A stretch of DNA of 64,000 nt from Candidatus Omnitrophota bacterium. Its GTDB lineage: Bacteria > Omnitrophota > Gorgyraeia > Zapsychrales > Fredricksoniimonadaceae. The translations under genes and the position numbers were made by a program. Position 1 is the first letter of the stretch, and the number at the start of each line of letters is the position of its first letter. The notes under the pieces are model-generated. The model searched no databases. It worked only from the letters and a program-made list of their open reading frames with translations, and was not told where the DNA came from. Positions 9,221-18,600 of the stretch are shown here, one piece after another. The stretch covers positions 17,869-81,868 of the forward strand of contig JBGAJA010000005.1 in the NCBI GenBank assembly GCA_044225175.1. The letters run 5' to 3'.

Positions 9221-9598
9221 ATGAAAAGAATTCTAATTGTCGATGATGATGCTGGGATTATTGCTGTACTGAAGAGTTTCTTAGAAGGTGAAGACTTTGA
9301 AGTTTTGACAGCCAAGGATGGATCAGAAGCAATTCCTATTGTTCAAACTTGTTCTCCGAATCTAATTATTATGGATATCATGATGCCAAAGATGGATGGA
9401 GGCCAGGCTGTTCGTATTTTGAAGAATGATCCTAAAACTGAATCTATTCCTGTTTTATTCTTAACGGGAGTCATGTCCAATCATCCTCAAGGTAATGAAG
9501 CAGCTGGGATAAATGTGGATGGGGTAAATTATCCTACGTTAGCAAAGCCTTTTGATTTACAAACATTACTAGATCAAATCAATAAACTTATTTCATGA
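9221..9598 (+). CDS. Stand-alone response regulator receiver domain (CheY-like)
   Basis: 125 aa. ILIVDDD..., a phospho-acceptor Asp in IIMDIMMP, and a conserved T/K. No output domain. Confidence 0.75.
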   Translation: MKRILIVDDDAGIIAVLKSFLEGEDFEVLTAKDGSEAIPIVQTCSPNLIIMDIMMPKMDGGQAVRILKNDPKTESIPVLFLTGVMSNHPQGNEAAGINVDGVNYPTLAKPFDLQTLLDQINKLIS

Positions 9599-9612
9599 GC
9601 TGAGTTTCAACA

Positions 9613-9636
9613 AAAAGGTGTCTGACACCTTTTTGA
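9613..9636. repeat. 24-bp palindromic element AAAAAGGTGTCTGACACCTTTTTG; a terminator-like hairpin in the convergent gap between the receiver gene and pntB
   Basis: Perfect inverted repeat flanked by A and T runs, so it can act as a bidirectional terminator. The same element recurs twice in-frame at 26831-26893. Confidence 0.65.
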
Positions 9637-9642
9637 CATGTT

Positions 9643-11022
9643 TTAATGCTGGCTGCTTTTAAATTCTGCTACTAAAGCCTGGACGGTTTGTTTGGCATCA
9701 CCAAAAATCATTCTTGTATTTTCATAGTAGAACAATTCATTTTCGATACCTGCAAAACCAGTTGCCATGGAGCGTTTTAAGACGAAGACAGTCTTGGCTT
9801 GATCGGCATTAATAATGGGCATGCCATAGATGGGGCTTGATTTGTCATGGCGGGCAGCTGGATTGACGACGTCATTAGCGCCAATGATGATGGCAACGTC
9901 CGTATTTTCCATCAAAGGATTGATGGCATCCATTTCCATAAGTAAATCATAGGAAATATTCGCTTCTGCTAAAAGTACGTTCATATGTCCTGGCATGCGA
10001 CCTGCAACAGGGTGGATGGCATATTTTACATCGCAGCCATTTTTTTCTAACAATTCGCCAAGTTCACGAACAGCATGCTGAGCTTGGGCAACGGCCAAAC
10101 CATACCCTGGAATAACGACAACAGATTTAGCGTTCTCCAAGATTAGGAATGCATCTTCTACTGACACAGATTTGGCTTCCTTTTTCTCAGTTGTGCCTTC
10201 TTTTTTAATAACTTTATTAAATGCACCAAACAAAACGTTAGTAATTGAGCGATTCATGGCCTTGCACATAATGATACTTAAAATGATACCGTTAGCACCA
10301 ACAATGGCGCCGACAACAATCAGAAGGGTGTTATGAATAACGAAACCAGTAGTGCAAGCAACAACGCCGGAATAGCTGTTTAAGACAGAGATGACAACAG
10401 GCATGTCAGCTCCGCCAATAGGGATAACCAAAAAGATCCCAAAGATAAGTGAAAGAACCATGATCGCAACAAAGATACTATATTGGGCTGGGTTCATGAT
10501 AAACATGATGCTAAGAATAACAATGGAACTGATTAAAGCGATATTGAATAAACGCTGGCCGGGAAATAGAATGGCTTTTCCAGGAATTTTTTCACTAAGC
10601 TTTCCCCAGGCAATAGCACTTCCAGTAAATGTTAACCCACCAATAATGATAGAAAGTAAAAGAGTGATTGTGTTGGTCAAATCGCTAGCTCCATGAACAT
10701 GATAGGCTGTCCAATCCACAAAAACGCTAGCTAATGCGCCACATCCGTGCAACAGAGCAATCATTTCTGGCATTTGGGTCATGGCAGCACGAAATGCAAC
10801 CAAAGCCCCTAATGCGCCGCCAATAAGGATACCTAAGATAATCCATTGATAACTTATAATATGTCCGTTAGCAAGGGTAGCTAAGACGGCTAAAAGCATA
10901 CCAAGTGCTGAAAGGATGTTTCCTTTGCGAGCGGTTACAGGTGAGCCTAGGAATTTTAAACCAAAGGCAAATAAGATGGCACTCACGATATAGACTAAGT
11001 TGGCTAAGAATTCAATGTTCAT
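9643..11022 (-). CDS. pntB: NAD(P) transhydrogenase beta subunit
   Basis: 459 aa. N-terminal multi-TM domain plus a C-terminal NADP(H)-binding domain (GYGLAVAQAQH...). Classic PntB. Confidence 0.9.
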   Translation of the reverse strand: MNIEFLANLVYIVSAILFAFGLKFLGSPVTARKGNILSALGMLLAVLATLANGHIISYQWIILGILIGGALGALVAFRAAMTQMPEMIALLHGCGALASVFVDWTAYHVHGASDLTNTITLLLSIIIGGLTFTGSAIAWGKLSEKIPGKAILFPGQRLFNIALISSIVILSIMFIMNPAQYSIFVAIMVLSLIFGIFLVIPIGGADMPVVISVLNSYSGVVACTTGFVIHNTLLIVVGAIVGANGIILSIIMCKAMNRSITNVLFGAFNKVIKKEGTTEKKEAKSVSVEDAFLILENAKSVVVIPGYGLAVAQAQHAVRELGELLEKNGCDVKYAIHPVAGRMPGHMNVLLAEANISYDLLMEMDAINPLMENTDVAIIIGANDVVNPAARHDKSSPIYGMPIINADQAKTVFVLKRSMATGFAGIENELFYYENTRMIFGDAKQTVQALVAEFKSSQH

Positions 11023-11330
11023 TTAGTTGTATCCTTTTTCTTAAACATTTTAAGCATGCGTTCAGTCACAAGATAACCGCCAACCACGTTGAATGTGGCA
11101 AGTGCAACAGCGGAAGTCCCTAATATGATAGTCAGTGTGCTATTAGCTTCTGCTCCAGCTGCAATCAAAGCGCCAACAATAATGATCCCGCAAATGGCGT
11201 TGGCTTCAGACATGAGGGGTGTGTGGAGTAAAGGGGGAACGCGTGAGATTAAGGCGAATCCCAAGAAGACCGATAAAACCAAAATGAATAACAAATATAT
11301 TAATTCCATGTGGATCTCCTGTAGGGGCAA
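11019..11330 (-). CDS. pntA: NAD(P) transhydrogenase alpha subunit part 2 (small membrane subunit of split PntA)
   Basis: About 100 aa with three TM helices, overlapping pntB by 4 nt. The annotated start is TTG; the ATG at the MELIYLL position is an alternative. Confidence 0.8.
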   Translation of the reverse strand: MPLQEIHMELIYLLFILVLSVFLGFALISRVPPLLHTPLMSEANAICGIIIVGALIAAGAEANSTLTIILGTSAVALATFNVVGGYLVTERMLKMFKKKDTTK

Positions 11331-11381
11331 CCCCCTGTGGTTGCCCTTATAATTAAGGCAGGCACGGGGGCCTGCCCTACG
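11324..11381. repeat. Two adjacent GC-rich hairpins in the pntA-I / pntA-II intergenic junction
   Basis: Hairpin 1 'gggcaacc ccctgt ggttgccc' overlaps the pntA-II start codon. Hairpin 2 is 'ggcaggc acggg ggcctgcc'. GC-rich in an AT-rich genome. Confidence 0.4.
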
Positions 11382-12509
11382 TTATATTTTTTTCACCATC
11401 TCATTAACAACCGCACCCGCATGTGTAACCAACGCACCTTTAATAATGTCGTCTTCAACATTCAATTTGAAAGCCTTTGTATCTTTATCCCAGTATTCTT
11501 CAAGCAGGTTGTGAAGGTTAGCAGAATACATTTGAGATGCATTGACTGCAACTTTGCCTGGCAGATTACCTAAACCAATAATGCGAACACCATTTTCCGT
11601 GATGATTTCTTCGTTCGCTTTAGATCCTTCAACATTACCGCCAGATTCGACAGCCATATCAACAATAATACTTCCAGCTTTCATTTGAGCCACCATGGCT
11701 TTAGAAAGGACTACAGGGGCTTTGCGGCCGAAGAGTTGAGCGGTTGTAATGACGACATCAGACTGAGCACAAACTTTAGCCATGCCCTCTTGTTGTTTTT
11801 GGATTTGTTCGGGAGTTAAAGCTTTAGCATAACCTTGAGCGGTTTGTCCTGTTTCTCCAAGGTCAATTTCAACGAATTTGGCACCCAGAGATTGAACTTG
11901 TTCTTTGACAACAGGGCGGGTGTCAAAGGCTTCCACGCGAGCACCCAAACGTTTGGCGGTTGCAATAGCTTGAAGACCAGCAACCCCAGCGCCAATGATA
12001 AAAACGCGGGCTGGTTGAATGGTGCCAGCTGGAGTCATCATTAAAGGGAAGATTTTTTGTAAGCGTTCAGCAGCTAAGACGACCATAACATAACCGGCTA
12101 AGTTAGCTTGAGAACTTAAAGCATCCATTTTTTGTGCACGGGTTGTGCGAGGAATCATTTCCATGGAGATGGCACTGATGTTATTTTTAGCTAGTTCTTC
12201 AACGAGAGACTTCTCGTTAAATGGATCTAGAAAAGAGATGTGAAGGGAACCTTTTTTAAGCTGTGAGACTTCTTCTAAAGGGGGCTTACGTAAACGAAGG
12301 ATGATATCAGCATTCTTTAGGATATTGGATCTGGAATCTATGGTTGCTCCAACCTTTGTAAATTCACTATCTGGAGCACCGATAAAGGCTCCCAAACCAC
12401 TTTCAACAGCAACTTGGGCTCCTTTTTTAACCAAACGATCAACCGAAGAAGGTATAAAAGCGCAGCGTGTTTCGCCAGGGTGACTTTCTTTAAGAACTCC
12501 GATCATCAT
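11382..12509 (-). CDS. pntA: NAD(P) transhydrogenase alpha subunit part 1 (soluble NAD(H)-binding domain)
   Basis: 375 aa. Alanine dehydrogenase/PNT N- and C-domains. GAGVAGLQA Rossmann motif. Confidence 0.9.
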   Translation of the reverse strand: MMIGVLKESHPGETRCAFIPSSVDRLVKKGAQVAVESGLGAFIGAPDSEFTKVGATIDSRSNILKNADIILRLRKPPLEEVSQLKKGSLHISFLDPFNEKSLVEELAKNNISAISMEMIPRTTRAQKMDALSSQANLAGYVMVVLAAERLQKIFPLMMTPAGTIQPARVFIIGAGVAGLQAIATAKRLGARVEAFDTRPVVKEQVQSLGAKFVEIDLGETGQTAQGYAKALTPEQIQKQQEGMAKVCAQSDVVITTAQLFGRKAPVVLSKAMVAQMKAGSIIVDMAVESGGNVEGSKANEEIITENGVRIIGLGNLPGKVAVNASQMYSANLHNLLEEYWDKDTKAFKLNVEDDIIKGALVTHAGAVVNEMVKKI

Positions 12510-12649
12510 AAAATGTCCTCAAAAGGGATTAAATTGTGTTGGAAACTTTTCACATAATCTAACAAATTAACCCTCCAGTCAAGGATCAATTCAGAAAAAG
12601 CCTTCAGTTGGCTATATATATAAATATAGGGTATACTTTTTCCAATTCT

Positions 12650-15600
12650 ATGAAATTCCCGTTTAAAAAGCCTTTAATCCTGTGGATTCTCTTTGCCTTT
12701 GTGGTCAATACTTTTGGGCCCTTGCCAGCTTCTGCCCAAGAGATAACACTCCCAAAGCCTGGTGAGATGGTGCATTTAAGTACAGCTGTAAACCCACCCA
12801 TCCTAAAGGGACTCAAGGTCCACCCAGATAACCCTTTTAGGTTCGATTTTATCCTGGATCAGGGGGAACAGCCCGACGCTATTTCGACTAAATTGAAGGA
12901 AGATTCCACCCGTCTAATCAAGTACTTTTTAGCCTCTTTAACGATTCCCGAAGTGGATCTTTGGGTCAACTTAAGCCCCTATGAGAAAGACAGAATCATC
13001 CCAAACAGCTTTGGCTTAACCGAGATGGGGCGCGACCTTCTAGCCCAGGATTACATGCTCAAGCAGATTACCGCCAGCTTGATCTATCCAGAAGCCGAAG
13101 TGGGAAAGAGATTCTGGAAGCGAATCTATGAGGAAGCAGCCAAAAGGTATGGAAACACCAATATTCCAGTCAACACCTTCAACAAGGTTTGGATAGTTCC
13201 TGAGAAGGCGGTTGTCTATGAGAACGCAAAGGCTGAGACAGCTTATGTGGTTGAGTCCAGGCTCAAGGTTATGCTGGAAGAAGATTACCTATCCAAAGCC
13301 AAGAATGACCTTCAATCTAAAGCCAACAGCCCGTCGCTAAATGCCTCTAATTTAGGATCTCAAATCATCCGAGAAATCGTCCTTCCAGAGCTGATCAAAG
13401 AGGTGAATGAAGGTGCCAACTTTGCCCAGCTCAGACAAGTCTACAGCAGTCTAATCTTAGCTACGTGGTACAAGAAAAAGATCAAAGACAGCATTCTATC
13501 CCAAGTCTATTCAGACAAGAATAAAGTCTCCGGAATTGATATTAATGATCCAGCCCAAAAGGACAAGATCTATCAGCAGTATATCCAAGCTTTCAAAAAG
13601 GGCGTCTACAACTACATCAAGGAAGAAATTGATCCAGCAACTCAGCAAGCTATTCCTAGGAAATATTTCTCAGGAGGAGCTAAGTTTGGCAATTTGGCTA
13701 TGACAACTACAAACCAATTTCCTCAAGTTATTCCTGCTGGTTTAGTTGCTATCCAAGCCGAAATTAAGAGTAGTAATCCAGAAGGAAAGACAAATGCGGC
13801 AATGATAGCCCCTCTAACTGCTGGAGAAAAGTTTGTATCAGAATTGGACGATAAAATTATTCTTGATGGCCAAGGGCGAATTAGGTACGCCGCTGGACAT
13901 CCTACACCAATTGTTAAACCATTGTTTACATTCCTAGCTGAGCGTCATGGTGAGACTTTTGCAAATCTTGACGAACGGGCGCAGGGAGTTGCTGATGAGA
14001 ACCATTTAAATGAATCAACGCCGCATGGATTGGATCAAGGCAGAGATTCCGCCAAAGGATTATTCCAACGAGCAGATATTCAAGAAATGATTCGAAAGAG
14101 AATTCCTATTGTTGTCCTAACGAGTGGGAAAAAGCGAACGACGCAGGCCGCAGAACCCTTTATTAGACGCGTAGAAGAAGCAGGTGGGATTATTGAATAT
14201 GCCCCAGAGGAATTGATGAAAGGCGCTTCTGAAATAAATTTTGGAGCTGTGGAAAATAAAAAACTATCTCATTTTTCTCCAGAAGAAATTGAGATTCTTA
14301 ATCAGTATAGAAAACAATTAAGTGCAACTGCCAAATTCAAAGGCGGTGAAAGTTTTTTAGAATTGTTAATCAAGATCAAGAAATGGTTAGAAGAGTTAAA
14401 TAGGCTTTATGCCGGCCGGACAGTCGTGCTATTTGGACATGGTACACAACTAAAAGCAGTTCAAACCTTGCTGGGAGATCCATTGATAGTAGATCCTTCG
14501 GGATATATTAATCGAAATGCCTACGTAATTCCTAATGGCAAGATTATTGAATTACATAGTCCAGCCATGGCTGCCCCAGCCATAAAATCTACTTTCGATG
14601 GATCAGCTCTAAAGTATAGCTCTGATTCTATAATCCAAAACGCACCAGAATTTGAAAGGGTTGATATGTTTCTTGATTGGTATAAGGCCAATCGAGAAAA
14701 ATTACCAGCCAAAGATGGTTATAGAGAATTCTTAAGTGCTTCTTATACGGCTAACGTTTTAATGCATGCAGGTAAGATCACAATAGAAAGGTTGGAAGAA
14801 TTTCAAAGAGAGGCAGGTGCTTATGAATATGGTCAAGAATCTGCTGTAATCCAGAATGCTCCGGAATTTGATGATGTAGAGAAATTCTTAAAATGGTATG
14901 ACGACAAACATGAACAACTGCGGTCTAAGGACCATCCTGAAGAATTTTTATCTAGAAGTTACACCTTTCAAGTCTTGAGACGTTGGGGAAAAATTAAGCA
15001 AAAGAAATTCCAGAGTATTTTGAGGCATATTATCTCTTATGAATACGCCCAGGAGTCTATAGTTATTAAGCATGCCCCAAAATTTGAGGACGTGGAAGCC
15101 TATCTTAAATGGTATAGAACTAATCGAGAACAATTGCCATTTAAAGATGATCCTAAGAAATTCTTAACTGCTGGTTCTGTTGTTATGGCATTGATGCATG
15201 CTGGAAAGATTGATAAAGAAAATTTTCAAGATTTTCAAAGGCATGTAGGAGCTTATGAATATGCTCAGGAATCCGAAATTATACTCAGTGCTCCAGAATT
15301 TAATGATGTAGGATATTTTTTAAAATGGTTTAGAACGAATGGAGAGAAATTAAGATCTAAAGAAAATCCTGAGATATTTATAAGTGCAAGTTATGCCGCG
15401 CTTTGTTTAATGTATGCCAGAAAGATTAAACGCGAGAAATTGGAGCATTTTCAAAGGCAGGCTGGAGCTTACGAGTATGCCCAGGAATCTGCGATTATAC
15501 AAAGTGCACCAGAATTTAATGAGATAAGCGAATTTATAAAATGGTATAGAGCAAATCGTGTGCTACTGCGCTCAAAAGAGCATCCAGAAGAATCTTTAAG

Positions 15601-18600
15601 CGGAAGTTATACGGCTCAAGTTTTAATGCATGCAGGTAAGATTCCTTCAGAAAGATTAACAAAGTTTCAGTTACATGTGGGAGCCTATCAACGCGCAATA
15701 GATGAAGAGAAAATAATTACAGCAGAAATGCAAAGAATTTGGAAAGAGTCGATTCACAAAGAACTCTCAGGGCTCCCTCGAATCAAAGCCGCCTTTAATC
15801 CGCAACTATTATTAAATAAAAGAATCTCAAAAGGTCCATCCAAACCATTAGGAGCGGAATATCGCAATCTAATCCTCACATATGCGTATGAGTATTATGG
15901 AGAAAAAGAAGAAGCTTCGATAAACCCGGCTATGGCTTCCAATCTGGGAAACGTTTCTGTAGCAGAGAGAGCTTCCTATCTTGTTTATCGATATTTATTG
16001 TTGGCTTTATATCAACTGCGTGGAAGTGGTGAATATTTGGATCGTCGTGCAATCATGGATCATTTAATGAAAAATTCAGATTATAAAAGGGAGGTTTTTA
16101 ATCCTAATTCAGGCTGGGTTGATATTAATTTTAGGAAAACTGGCATTTTAGGAGTGGGTCTTATTATTAAAATGCCAGATGAGAAGAAATTTAAGTTAAC
16201 AGAAGCCGGAATTGCTTTTATGGAACGATCTTATCGATTAACAGGTGATGCTTTCATTTTAGCTTTAAAAGATCAACAAAAACAATATGCTCAAGGTTCA
16301 ATAGATTCTAAGAGCGGGGAAGATCCTGTTGAACTGGTTAGATATCCCAAAGATTTCAATATTCTTAATAAAGTTAAACTAAAAATTGCTATTGCGGACA
16401 GCGTTGTTCAAAAGACAGTCGATTCTAAATTACAATATGTGGTTAATTTAGAAGAGGTAATTGAGAAATATTCTGAAGGATTATCGCCTAGATACTTAAT
16501 ACAAGCACAACAACTTTCTAAGTTAATAGAAAAACAACTTGTAGCCTTTGGCTTTACCAAGGCTAGAGATATGGGTCTTGATAAATCAAATTTATATAGT
16601 AGAGACCGTTCCTATAATCTTGATTTGATTGCAAATCCAAACATCATTAGAACCCAAGATGAAATAAATTTTGAACCTTATCGCAATTTTCTACTTGCTT
16701 TGCATAGGCTCAATTCTGAAGAAATAAAAGATTCCTATAGCCCTCAAGAGGTTTGGAAAAAGATTCAAGTGCTCTCGCGAGAAATGGAATTGCAAGTAGT
16801 GTTTTCTTCGGTAACTGCAAAACAACTTAAAAGTGCTTATGAATCTATGGCTCAAAGGGGTGTTTTATTAATAGAAAGAACTGAGAAAGGGTATAGGTTA
16901 AGTTCTGAAGGATTGAAATTCATGCAAGAAAATGGGAATTTGATAAAGGAAAGTTTGCTTAAGGCTCTAAAAAGACATTTGTATGATATAGAACAATACG
17001 AGTTAAGAAGGGAATGGTTAAGATTGCCGCAAGCTGGTGGGACATTGAACAATGCTCCTACAGGTGATCAAGTTTATAAACCTAAGTTATTATCTGAAGT
17101 TGAATTCAGAAGTATAGAAGAAATATTCGAAGCGTCATCGCACCCAGAAGTAGGCCAGTGGTTAACTTCTCAAGATATTGTTGCTTTTGAAGGACATCAA
17201 ATTGGCAAGGACAGAATTCTTAAAGCTTTAAAGTCTCCTTTTAGAACTAGTCTTGAGAGTATGGGATTGGCAAATACAGTTTTTTATCCTGTCAAAGTTA
17301 ATCAACCCATGTTAATTCAGAAAGATTTTGAGCAATTAATCAGCAAAAGAAAAGATGAAGGAAATTTCAATATTCTCATTTATCAAATTGGACTAGGTGA
17401 GGAAGGTTTTCTTGAAACTAGAGATATTTTTAACGCTTTAAAAAATGCGTTTCATCAAGCGGGGATATCTCAAGAAGATCAACAAAAGTGGAAAGTTACA
17501 TTTATTGGTGTTGATGTCATTAAAACTATTGTGGATGATTTTATTCAGAAATTTTCTGTAAAGACTGATTTCCAGAGCAATATTTTGACCATTAGAGCGG
17601 ATGCTTTGGTAGAGGACCAGATGAGATGGTTAGGAGAGAAGTTTAAGTCAGATTATTTGTTCTTTCGTAATGTAGCCTATGGAAATTATCGAGCGTCTAG
17701 AGGTCATTTAAAAAGCTATATCAATGTTGTAGAGACGCTTGCTATTTATCTGGGTACCAAAAATATACTTAAACATCTAAGTGTTCCAGAAACTCGTTTT
17801 GTAATTGAGCCTGCCCAAGAATTTGAAAACACCCAGAATTATGTCTTCCATGCCCCAGGAACACGCATCGTAACATTGAAACATTATGATCCCACAAAAG
17901 AATTTTTAGATCTAAACAATGTGATTAACACAGGGACAGGAATATATAAGGTATTAGATCCAGGTGCAATGGACAGAGAAGGTCTGCAATATTTTCTTGA
18001 TCATGTTACTGAATTTGAAAAGCCTGTGGCTGACCAAGCTCAAAAGGCCCCCTCTCTTTCTAGTTATTCTACTTTGAAACTTAATGATCGCAGCAATTTA
18101 TCAATGACCCTTATAGGCTCAAATCCAGGATCTCGAGCAGATTATATTAAGGTGGGGAATAGGAAAGACTATAAGTATGGATTTACTCGAGAAGAATTGC
18201 TTCAGCGTGAGGCGGCTTTGATGCAGGTGTTATCGACAGATCAAAGATATAATCAAATAAGAAAATATCTTCCAGTTTTTAAAGGTTTGGGACGTCTTGA
18301 TATTTCTGATGTACGTAATGTGATACCGCGTCTGCCTAGGCGTTCTTCAATTCCAGATGTTCCTCCGAGGTTTTTTCAAGAAGAGGATTTCTTAGGTTCA
18401 TATATGGTAACAGAGGATGCTGGTGATCCGATATATGCTATTGCCAATGAAGTTAGGGAAGGAAAACTGACCGAAGATGACTTGTTGAAAACAATGTCCT
18501 TGTTAGTTCAATCAATCTACGATTTTCATCATGCTGGGATTGCTTTTGGAGACCTCACTCCAGATGAAATTTTTATAGCACCCTCTACAGAGAAGGTGAC

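Noticed and set aside
9643-12509. Minus-strand block as a possible inversion or foreign island
   Set aside because: It simply contains the pntA-I, pntA-II and pntB operon in the canonical order on the opposite strand. It is flanked by a convergent terminator-like palindrome and shows no integrase or transposase signatures.
12608-12649. Upstream start (MAIYINIGYTFSNS) for giant paralog 1 given by the ORF track
   Set aside because: The paralogs begin directly with the signal peptide, and the MKFPFKK... ATG at 12650 aligns with them. The upstream extension overlaps a probable AT-rich promoter region (TTGGCT...TATACT).
14630-15710. Periodic ~215-bp repeats that could superficially suggest a repeat array
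   Set aside because: Not CRISPR. The units are contiguous with no spacers, roughly 215 bp long, diverged, and in one continuous reading frame of a protein-coding gene, so they are protein tandem repeats.
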